Source: Balanoglossus misakiensis
Lineage: Eukaryota; Animalia; Hemichordata
Assembly: GCA_040954595.2 (NCBI GenBank)
Contig: CM082576.2
Coordinates: 4,004,760-4,068,759, forward strand
Direction: 5' to 3'
DNA: 64,000 nucleotides
Made by a program: the position numbers and the translations under genes
Notes under the pieces: generated by a model
The model's database searches: none
Told to the model about the DNA's origin: nothing
Seen by the model: only the letters and a program-made list of their open reading frames with translations
In this document: positions 43,561 to 55,183 of the stretch, piece after piece
How the letters are laid out: the number at the start of each line of letters is the position of its first letter
Position numbering within the stretch: the first letter of the stretch is position 1

Positions 43561-46243
43561 ATGTTAAGGATCGCGGCCGTCTGTGCGCTTTTCTGCGTGA
43601 TTGCCTTATCCGAATCCGTTCCAGGTAATTCCACCGTGGAAGACGACGACGACAGACACGACAGCGTCTCCCTGGCCTCCACGCCGGCCTCCGCCGCGGG
43701 GAGGATTCCCCTCTACCTGGGAACGTTCTTCAGCCTCGGCGGAAACTGGGAAGGTGGTGGGATGATTCCCGCGGTGGAGATGGGTCTCGACCACGTGAAT
43801 GCACGGGAAGACGTCCTACCGGAGTATGAGCTGAGAATGGTGTGGAACGACACCAGGGTAATGTATTAAACAACCGTTTATTCTGAATTTTGGCGACCTG
43901 AACAATTCTTGACATCTGAATAACCCTACTGCATGTTTCTCCGTCCACTTGTTGAAAATGGGGAATGAATTTCACTGTAAACGTATATAATCCCAACAAC
44001 GTTAACGCTATCCTTACAAATGAAAGATGTTCATTTTCCAAACCATCGACCAAGAAATCGAAATGAGAAAAACGAAATTACTGTACATGTATATTGAATT
44101 CCTTCATTTCCCGCCTGGAAACCTGCGAATACGCCAGCAGCAAAAAGCGTCAGGTGCAAACTCAATCTATTGAGCTACAGCAGTGCCGCCTTCATGCTTT
44201 TAGGGTAATTGATTTACCTCGATCTACGCTAACGTGTTGCTTTCCTGGTTTTTACCCATCGGATATGGTGAAACAAAATAAAATATGATTCGGATTATGT
44301 TAAGATTTACAATTTTAATCACAGCGATTCTATCACGTGGAGATTTGCGGAGACATCTGGGCCTGTAGTCGTGACTCACAATCGGGAAATTAGCGCCTAT
44401 GGGTTTGAGACACGGCCGTAGACCTTTCTATCGAAGGATGGTGTACTTCTTGGCCGGGGTGTCGTGCCCTTGAGCAAAGCACTTTTAATGCTGCTCGTCG
44501 CCTCTTTACTTGTGGACGCGTGTCTTTATTAAAAAGAACCGTAAATAGAACTACTGAGGGTCATGGGGGAGACAAACACTTTTCAGAAATTACCAGACTA
44601 TCCTCCTTGACTAAGGTATACTAGCCCACTAGTCGCTTGGTGATTTTTGGAATCTCAATGCTTTTTGTGTGTTTGCGGTGATTTTTTGTCTTTATTGAAT
44701 AATCTCAATACTTGTTGTGTGCATGCCTGCTTTGAGCGTGTTTCTGGTAGTGAGGTGAGTTTTTGGGACTGAGCTCATGAACAATTTTAAAAAATGTATT
44801 TATTATGAAAAAATGAAGCCCTTAGACTTGGAGCAAAGCAGTGCGCCACTCATCGCACGCAGTCGGGCGCGCATTGTACAGGCGGCATATTGTCGGCCCC
44901 AATCGGATGTCGTTGGAACCTGAAGATTTGATCACAAAACGAGACGACGACTATGACATTTCAACATCGTGATCTTCGGTAGCCGACGGATCGTGTAAGC
45001 TTAAATCGAACTCTACAGCTCAACATCGACACACACAACTCTCGTCGAAATGCAATCAAATCTCCAATCGAAAGTTTTAGTATCTGGTTACATGCATGTC
45101 GACGTTCCGGCTTCGCCAATTCTTAAATCATGCTTTTCTGTTATGTATCTTGGTTGAACGAAAATAGTTTGCTCTAACGTGTTCACACACGTGATCTAAT
45201 TGTTTACCATTTATCTGAGTGTGTGTCTGATTGATCTGAAATTTTGGTACACCATTGTAATAGTTCTGTGTTGTTGTTGTTTTCTTTTTTCAGTGCGAGT
45301 CTGGAGTGGCGACCCGCGTGTTCTTTCACCAACTGCAAAATTCACCGCAGAAGATCATGATACTTGGACCGCCCTGCTCGCCCGGATCAGCTGTAATGGC
45401 CGAAACTGGAGTTCACTGGAATTTGCTTGTGGTCAGTGTTTTGGTGCATTTCTCGATCATTGTTTTCTTTTCTGTTTGTGTGTGTTGGACAGTTTATTTC
45501 ATGTCGTGTCTTCTTTGGCCACGTGGATATGTTCAGTATTATTCGCTGCGTGAGACTTCTTGCTGGTATTTCTTTCTTTATGACGTGGAAGCACCGGTCT
45601 TTTCTCAAGGTACACCACAAAAAGATGTTCAATCAAGGGTCGCAAAACTCAACGAGAACATTTCATATAAAATAATATTCACCTTCTTTTTAAAATCTCA
45701 GCATGGCTGCACACGAAACCAAGGGAATCAGAGAATGAAATTGTGCAACCACATCATTATAAATTATAAAACTGTTTCAATAATTATATTAGTCATTTTT
45801 GACAAACAATGCTATATAACGCTGGAGGGGTTTCCAACTCTTGACTCCAATGATTGTATATACACGTATACGTACATGACTTTGTATACAATTCGCTGCC
45901 AAATGCATCCAAGACAATAATCCAATCATGTAAGAACGTCTTATTTCTCACAGCTCTCATATTCTGCTGCTTCTCCGGCGCTGTCCAACAGAGAAAAATA
46001 TCCTTACTACTTCCGTACCTACATACCAGACACTGCGTTCAACCCGGCCAGAGTTCATCTGATCAAAAGTTTTGGATGGAACCGAGTCGCCACTATTCAT
46101 GAAAACTACCCGATCTTCTCACTGGTTTGTTACTTTTCCGTTAAAATATGATTGAAATCTTGTTCGTGATGTGAATAGTTTTGTCTCTGTCTTTGCCGCC
46201 GTCGTTTTCATTTTCATCATCAACATCGTCGTCGTCGTCGTCG

Positions 46244-46318
<75 letters not shown>

Positions 46319-49300
46319 CCATCACCATCATCATCATTATCACCATCATTATCGCCGTCGTCATTGATATTCTTGTTTCTGCCCCGTTTTGGTCGATTTC
46401 AATTCTGTATTTTCTACTCTGAACTTCTCTTTTATAGATATACTGCACAATTGCTAATCAATTTTTAGATAAGGGCAATTCTTTGCCACAAACATACAGG
46501 GGAAAGGTTTTGCCTTTGCTTTCACCGAATGAATCCGATTATGTTGAATGTGTGTGTGTCGTTCACAAAGAAACCGGATGGATAATCCATTTTTTTTATC
46601 ATTTTCCTTCTGTTTCCGTCTAGTCTTTCACAATCAATTGAAGGATCCGAGGAAATTCATCAGTTTTGTATTTCAGAAATCTCAAATAGCTTTCTCCTTC
46701 ACTCTATTGTAGGCTATAGACGACTTACTCACGCTATTGAAAGCAAACAACATCACGATAATCAAATCGGAAAACTTCGCTGGGAATCCCAAGAACCAGA
46801 TCGAAAATCTGAAGGCAAGGAAAAACAATTAATTAGTCGCGGATTTCTTGTAATGCGTGATCAAGTATCTTCGATTGAGTAAAATGCGCATATCGTTTTT
46901 CTTTGAAAAGGAGCTTTCAGTGCTTCTCCGTTTTTCTCATTGCGGCCACATTTTTACAGTAATGTTTCATTATCCACCGGAAGGTGTCTTGTTTCTCTTT
47001 AAATATGACGTGGAGCGAGAATAAAGATGCAAGATGAGGAAGGTAATTGATCGGTAGTTGCTAAGTAAACAAGTTTAGCCGAAGACAGAGATAGGCGCCG
47101 ATGGATACATACAGACACAAACATGTTCGATAGAAAATTAAACCTATACGCGTCACTCTTCTTTACAGAAAAGCGATGCAAAAATTATCATCGCTAACAC
47201 GTATGCAAATAAGGCCAGGAGACTCTTCTGTGAGGTAAGCTTAGAATTCCCTGCGTTTTATTTTATTTAGACAAATTAGTACACCTTTTACATGATCTCG
47301 TGGAGATAAAAAAAAATGTGTATGTGTTTTGAACCAGAGTAGGCCGGGTTACTGGGAACACACATATATAGGTAAATCTTTACATTTGACTTAAAATGGG
47401 TATTAGAGTCAGATTATATTTATTAATGTATTCTTACTACTGTTGATACAACTGGGGGTGTAGATCATTTTATCCGCTGGCAAATAGGGTCTCCTTTCAA
47501 TGTACCGCACTTGTCCGTGATCATGGTGGCGTCAACTAATTTCAGGGTGACGAGTAACTGTCGGAGACTGTGTCATTGACGATGGTGATTGACGAGTTTG
47601 AAATATCCAGAAACAATGGTTATGATATGCCCATGCCTCATTCCTCTGTAGGCCTACAAACAAGGCATGGCTGGGCCAGATTATGTGTGGATGATCATTG
47701 GTTGGTTTCAGAAGTCCTGGTGGGATGTGGAGGATGACACCATCGATTGTACCAGAGAGGAGATCGGTCAAGTAGTAAAACGGTCGTTTTATATATCAAT
47801 GGAAAGTTTGCCTCTAAGTCCATCAGAAGAAGAGACCGTCGCTGGCATTGTAATTTAATTATTTTTTGTTCTTTTGTCATGTATGTATGTATGTGTGTAT
47901 GCGTGAATGAATGTATCTAGGCCTAATTTCAATTGAACAGAGCACTGTTAGTAAAAATTATCTCGAAAGTAACTGTTGGAAAACGAAATGGTGATAATAG
48001 TCGAAAATTGCTTTCGTACCAATTTCCTCCACCCTTTCCCGATTGATTACCCTTATTACGCCATTTCGTCATTTTACTAAATGATCTAGCCTTGAAGTTT
48101 TCCTGTTCAACTGACGTTCGTTTAAGAAATATTACACCCGTGAGATGGTTTAAGGTGTTGCTAGCAGTAATTTTATACAGCAGAAACGCGTCATCATATT
48201 ATAATCATCAACGGTGTTATTAGAACGATTAACAGACATAGTGTATTCCAGAAATTGTTGTGTTCAATCGTGTGTCACGCGCTTAACACGTCTTTCCCGT
48301 GGTCACATTATATTTCGAAACTTTTTATTTCCAAAAAACTGTGACAGACGGCTGCAGAATTCATAGACATGTACAGTGAAAGAATGGAGTGGCCGGAAAA
48401 CCAACGGTATCTCTACAACGAACTGGCGCCGTACGGCTACGATTCCGTGTGGACCATCGCCCTGATGTTGAACGAGACGGTGGAAGAACTGAGAACGAAG
48501 ACGTTCGCCGACAACTCCACCAAGCGCTTGGAGGATTTCACGTACGATGACAAGGAGATGGCGATGGTGTTCCTGAACAAAATGGGCGAGACCAATTTCA
48601 TCGGAACATCAGTAAGTCGCGTCATGAATTTCTTTTTTTTAATCGGTTAATTACGACAATTCGTATTCTCAGAAAACGATCAAAAAATGTCAGTTTATAA
48701 GATAAGGCCCCCCGCCCAATATACAACGGGAGCATGCTGTGGGTGATTTGAAGACACTATTTTGAAAACAGGAAAAAAATCATGTTGCTAATTAACCACG
48801 TTGTTATACATGTACTATTTTTTTCACAGGGCCCAGTGACTTTCAAGAATGGTGATCGCCAGGGACTAATTAAAGTGGAACAGTTACAAGGTTGGCTACC
48901 ACTCTTTGTCTCGCTTGCTAAACCGCGACCGCTGTGATGGAGGGACTGTGTCCGAGACCATGACTTAATAACAATAAACGTTTGGTGATGCCACGTGAGC
49001 GCACAAAAGACGGTTGCGAGAAACATGCTATCGCTGGCGCTACAACAACTAAAACAGAGGCTAATTTAGTATTATAATATGCTTGACGTCAAGATTTTTA
49101 GTCTTTGTTTTAGTCTGGGAGATGCATATCTATATATATTTGTACTTGACATCTTGTACTGGATGTGGCAAAAAGGCCCTGCCATCAACGTTGTCCTTGT
49201 GTCCAAACGCTTTCAACTTGCACCAACTAAATGTTAAGCTGGGCGCTGCGTGCTCTGAAAAATAAATGATACGTCGACAATCACCATTGTAGGTCAGCAG

Positions 49301-52300
49301 ATTTAGTCGTAAATACAACCCTTTGCTAAAGTAAGATATCTAAAGGATTTACTTAAATAATTGTACTTGGAATTATTACAGTGTTTATATCCACTTTTCA
49401 GCCACCTCGGAACTATTGACTCGTGCCGCCCTTATTTTGTTTTGTTGTTTCCTTTCAGCGGATTGTCCGAGTGATTGGGTCATTTTCAACAACAGTTGTT
49501 ACCACTTCAGTCTGCTCACTGAAACGTGGTCGGAAGCCCGTACCAAGTGTCTCGAAAAAAGTTCTGACCTGGTCGTCATAGAAACCGAAACGGAGAATGA
49601 GTTTATTCAGGATCACGCGACAGACGACGTTGACTGGTAGGTTGGAACGCATGTCGTGTATACGTTTATACACGGAGGGGCAAATAATGTTATTAGAAGT
49701 TGAATAATATACCGTGCACCACTTCCAATTTCTTTATTTCGTTAATCCAACTAGGCGTGTTTTATAATACGGCTTTTAATCGACGATTAAGTTTTTTTCC
49801 CAGGATACACTGCGTTGATGTCGCAGAGCTCCACACTCCGGTAATTTGCATAATCTGGTCAATTTGTAATTTAAAAAAGAAATAACGAGCTTTCGTGCTC
49901 ACAGAATATCTGCAGTGTAAATAATTGATTCCCTCATTAGGTTTATCGGTTTGAAGGACGAAGGGATTCTCCTTTGGGTGGACGGGACGCCCATCGATTT
50001 CTCCCCCGAGGAAAGTCTGTTGACAAAGCCCAGCGGAGAAGTAAGATGCGGACTGACAGGCCGCGGCGGATTGTGGGAAATCACGAGCTGCGACACCAAG
50101 CGGAGATTCGTTTGCGAAAAACAACAAGGTGATTCTTTGTTTTGTGGCGCCTGGTTTTGCATGGTGCGAACGGAGAAGCCATTGAAAATTCACTATGCAA
50201 AAAAATTTCGATGTGTTTTGGAAAAAAATTGCAACTTTTGACTTGACATGCCAGGTTTCTGGTGGAACGACGCGTGCTAAAAATTCTGCACTGATCTGCG
50301 ATGACGTGGTTTGTTTGTTTGTTTGTTTCATGGCGTCTGTGACAGGTATGTCGTGGCGTAATGGCGGTTTAACTGGCTTTTCCCCTTTTAATACCGCGCC
50401 ATTTCCTTTTACAGACTATGTTGAAAAAACTGTTGCCCTCTACATTGAGAACGGAGATATCATGAACTATGTCTCGAGTTTTCAGTGGCCAGGTAAGAAA
50501 ATGACCACCTGATCTAAGAGAGAAACAATAGGGGTTTGGATGAGACCTACGCCATCTTCAACAACGACAACATCGTTCACTGCAATATCGAATGTTCTAA
50601 ATCTGACAAATGCGCATATTTGCACGAGGCCTATTGCCGACATTTCTATACATGTATCTATAGCATTAGTGTAGAAGGGAAGAGAGGGGGTAATTTTCAA
50701 GTGTCATCTAAAGGAGAGCACAATTGGGAGGAAGTGCCTTCGAATAACCCCACCTTCGTTGCTGCCTTTCAGGCGGTGTCTTACCTCTGGATCACACACC
50801 GGAAGTGGTTATAACGGTCGTCGAGCAGTTCCAAGGAGTGATGCCTGAGGTCTATTTCGGCATCTGCGGAGTTTCTTGTCTGGGGATACTGATGGCGCTG
50901 TTTTTCTTGGGGTTTAATTTCAAATACCGACAGCAGAGGTAAGTCGGCAAAAATGATCGGTTGGTAGCCATACATTTCTGATTAGATTTAGTTAAGACTG
51001 CATCCAGAACAGGGCGCGCTTTGTACCATCCCTGTCGTCAAGTGACTAGAGACAAACATTGGTGATACGGTGAGAGAGTGACGATACATGTACACAGACT
51101 AAACTAACGCAACAGACTAACAAAATGGCTATGTGTCATTTTCCAGGTATGTCAAAATGTCCAGTCCCAATCTCAACAACATCATGATCATGGGCACTCT
51201 GTTACTGTATGCTGCTGTGTTCTTCTTCGGGTTGGACAACAATCTTGTTTCGCCTGAAACTTTTCAAATAATGTGTCAGGTAAGTTCAAAGGCAGAATTC
51301 TCGCCGTATTCCCGAATGTTGTGTAGTTTAGGCTCAAGGGCCCGGGGTCAAGCGGTGTCAACCTATCGCAGATGTTCGAACGAGCCATCTTCATGGACAG
51401 TTCAAACCGTGGTTACCGTAGTTGTCTCGCCCACAGCCCACATACATGTACTGACATTTGCTGGCCGTCACGTGTCTTTTATTGGGGATTTTTATGTTTT
51501 CACGATTCTGTCTGCCATTCAATTGGAAACATACAAAAACCGCGAATGTCAGTCCGAATGACTTTATAGGTCAATTTTACGTCTTTTGGTCTGTTCTCCT
51601 TTACAGACGCGCGTTTGGGTTTTGTCTCTGGGGTTCGTCATTGCGTTCGGTGCCATGTTCAGCAAAACGTGGAGGGTTCACAGAGTGGCGAAAATGAAGA
51701 CTCCAAAACGACGGGTAAGATCCAGTAAATTAGAAGACCCTTGGGGGAAATCCCGGGGGTTGGTCCCAGTGATATCTCCGATGCGACGTGAATGACGCAC
51801 GATGAACCATTGACGTCGCCGGTCACAAAAAATAAAATGTTAATGTTCATCCCTTTTCGTGGGATAAAAAACAACAACACTTTTCCATTTGCAACTAACA
51901 GTACAATGCTTTTCAACTAATTCCACGTTCCCCTATTTATTTCAGGTTGTGACTGATAAGCAGCTTTTCGTGATGGTAATGGTGCTTGCGTTGATCGACA
52001 TCGTCATTTTATCGGCATGGCAGATCTTGGACCCTGTTCAGAGGAAGATATCGCAGCTCAGTCTTGTCGTAAGTCACGCATAGTTCAAATGCAGAGATAT
52101 GAAATAAACCATTCAATTGTTTCGAGGCGTGAACAGAAGTGCACTGACCTTCGCTACACAAAACGTGGTGCATCTTCTCGCGAGTACGTGTAGTTGATAA
52201 GAGCCCTTGCCCTCGGGCAACGGTGATAACGTGAACGCGCTTTTTATTGGTGTCCTTGTCTCTGCAGTGTTGGCTTGTTCCATCTTCTATCACCTGCTCA

Positions 52301-54283
52301 GGACTTTTCAATCGCAACGCATTATTCTAGGAGTACAGGTCGTTTATTGTAAAGAAGTTGAAAGATTCCTAACGATCTGCCCATTATTCATTGCAAAGTT
52401 GTATATGTTTGTGGATTTTGTGCACATGAATTCTAGAATATACATGTGGGGAAAATTAGCAGGCTAAAGCGGTGTACTGGGAACGTGTTGAATTTAATAC
52501 AGAAGCTTTAACCAGACCCTCCATATCAGAGTTATTGTTCACGTGATTGCCCTTGGATTTTTTTCAGGACGACCCGTATGACGAAACTCGAAAGATTCTA
52601 CCAATGGTTGAGTTCTGTCACTCAGACCACCTGACATACTGGTTGGGGGCGCTATACTGCTACAAAGGCCTGTTGCTCATTTTCGGCACATTCCTGGCTT
52701 GGGAGACAAGAAAGGTTGGTTATCTCCATATGGTGGTCAATGATGTATGGCGATTCTTTCTAAGATGCTTAAATTTCAACAAGAGAGCTTTGTTGAGGTG
52801 CGGTAGTTCATTGCGTACGGTGCAATGTTATAACGAGAGGAAGCGATAGCTTGTTTTCAGTACAGTCACTTACTTTATTGGACACCAACACGTGTAGTGG
52901 ATGAACATCACTGACCAAGTCTGAACTGAGTTGAACACCCACAAGAACGGAAAAAACCCACCAAGCTTACATAACACATACATGCATAATAAGACTATCA
53001 TTTACATATCAAAGAAAGTGACCATCTGGGTAAAGTTCAGTTTACTCCAACAAGCTTACGGACGCCTAAGGGAGAACGTATTGTCTTTGATAAAATTGTG
53101 ATAGTTCTTCAATAAACAGAGCCCCACCATTGTTTCCGGAAATGACAAAAACTTGTCCATATTACTGCTTCTGATTTTACAGTAATACACTTTTATTTCC
53201 TTCTCCCCGGCCGTGGTATCTCCGCACTCTAGGTTAGGATACCAGCGTTGAACGACAGTAAATTCATCGGGATGAGCGTGTACAACGTCATAGTCCTGTG
53301 CATCATCGGGGTGTCTGTCAGTCAAGTCATCAACCACAATATGAACGCGGCTTACGTGTGCCTGGCTGCCATCAACATTTTCTGCACAACCTTTACGCTG
53401 CTCATGGTGTTCATACCCAAGGTGCGGTTTGCAACATTCACATTAAGATACAGGTTATCTTGTTTGTCGGAGACTGTGTTATATGTATTCTGCAAAGACG
53501 GATCTAAATAGATAGAGGCAAACGGACAGAAAGCCGGACGGAAGGGAAAACGGAGGGATGGGTGTTTATTTGCATAGGTGCTCGGTTAGGTAGATATAGC
53601 TGGGCAGTTGCCCGATATACATGTGTTCGAGTCGCCACTTTTATTTTGTGGATTATAATTTATCTATCATCACTTGCAGATCATTTCTGTAGCGAAGTAC
53701 CCTGAAGGGCAGCCTGTGACGACTGTCACCAAATCACAAAGATCGGTGGATATCAGTACAGTCACCGGAAAACTTGAAGATATTGCTACTCTGAAAGAAA
53801 AGATCGCCGAGGTCAGTGACTGTGGAGATATATCGTCATAACATGGTTGTGTAATGTTGTGTGGTGTGGTGTGTACATGTGGCGTGGTGTGGTGTGATGT
53901 GATGTGACGTGTCTGTGTTTTTTCATAATCGCCAGACAGTCAGCGTTCAAATTTTCACTTTCCAACTGGAGTCAATCGGATAATATGTTTGCCAATATGT
54001 TAATAGTTTACTTGTGGGGAAAATCTCTCGGGTATTGAGAAAATTTAATTGATATTCCCAGATTGAAGCTGAAAACTCCAAATTACGGAGGATGTGCAAA
54101 ATTTCCTCAACCGAAGACTTGCCAAAGAACACCCAATCTATGATCGACTACAGACACCGCGGTTGTGGAATTTGGTGTTTCGGAGCAACCTGTGGATGCT
54201 ACAGTCCCCAAGACAACTACATCGTCAAATCTGGCAATCCAGACTCCGAAAGGAAGTCAGACGCTACTGTTTCCGAATTCTAA
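43561..54283 (+). CDS. GABA-B-receptor-like class C GPCR (signal peptide, Venus flytrap with inserted C-type lectin-like domain, 7TM, short coiled-coil tail); about 19 exons
   Basis: Signal peptide, then GNWEGGGMIPAVEMGLDHVNAREDVLPEYEL, ILGPPCS, LSYSAASPALSNREKYPYYFRT, YVWMIIGWF, APYGYDSVWTIAL and GPVTFKNGDR. 7TM motifs YVKMSSPNLNN, GAMFSKTWRVH, YKGLLLIFGTFLAWETRKV, ALNDSKFIGMSVYN and VFIPK. Confidence 0.92.
44360..44490 (+). mobile_element. Possible degenerate tRNA-derived SINE fragment
   Basis: GACTCACAATC...GGGTTTGAGAC (B-box-like) followed by GTGCCCTTGAGCAAAGCACTT, which resembles a widespread SINE core motif. Recognised by eye only. Confidence 0.35.
46199..46361. repeat. (GTC)n/(ATC)n trinucleotide microsatellite in a GPCR intron
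   Basis: Seen directly. It explains the spurious poly-M, poly-I and poly-S ORFs. Confidence 0.95.
49459..50128 (+). other. Two-exon C-type lectin-like domain module (49459-49636, 49941-50128) within the GPCR gene
   Basis: CPSDWVIFNNSCYHF..TWSEARTKCLEKSSDLVVIETETENEFI..WFIGL..WVDGT..C..WEITSCDTKRRFVCEK. Confidence 0.9.
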
Positions 54284-55183
54284 GTACAATTTTCGTTATT
54301 TTGTTTCTAATTTTAATTGTATGGAGCGTTGATTTAATACATATAATTGGTTAACTGTTCATCAGCTACATGTCTATGATTTGTTAAACGAGAATCTCCG
54401 TAAGTGATATCTATGACATGAGGACTATCCAAGCGATGGATGTCAACTGACTAGTTTTTTGTGACAATTTAAGTGTTGTTACTGTGACCGTTCATTTTTT
54501 TAAACTTGTCGGACACACACATGTACATGTAAAGTATTTTTAGCGATTGTTTCGTGATACTCTCAAAGAAAGCACCAGGTCAATACTTTGTTAGAAACAT
54601 TTTCAGAGCTATTTTTGCTTTTACCTGAACGGGGGCCATGTCATTTACAACGGCAATTAACCTGTCATATCGTTTCCCAATGGTATCTTGTACCGTCAGC
54701 AAAGACAAAAGTATTGCTTGCCAGACACCTGTTAACTTCACGTTTCACAGCAAACGTTTTGCCAATGGAACGATTTATTGCCATAACACAAGAATAATAG
54801 TAAATTCCATAATTCAAATAATCAATATTATAAACTATGAGAGTAAAATGTGTTATGAAATGAATATGTAAATACGTTGTATTTTCGTAATAAAGTCCGT
54901 GTAAAGACAGGGAAAACTTTGACAGTCTGCATACCTGGAATAATACTTATGTAATAATAAAAATGCTGTTGAGAGGTGTTCGATTGAGTAGGAGTTTACC
55001 TTTGGGTTTTTTTCCGGTATGAAAACGCCACATAACGCTGGAACGTTCTCTATAATTATGTACATTTGATATTCTGGTCACGTGACATTATGGCCTACAC
55101 AAACCTATCCACCATCGGCTGGTAGAACGATCGGGAAGAATCAAACTGTCGACAGGCTATCAAATCAAAAGACAGCTTATATC

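Noticed and set aside
46119-46468. Poly-Met, poly-Ile and poly-Ser ORFs
   Set aside because: Translation artefacts of the intronic (ATC)n microsatellite.
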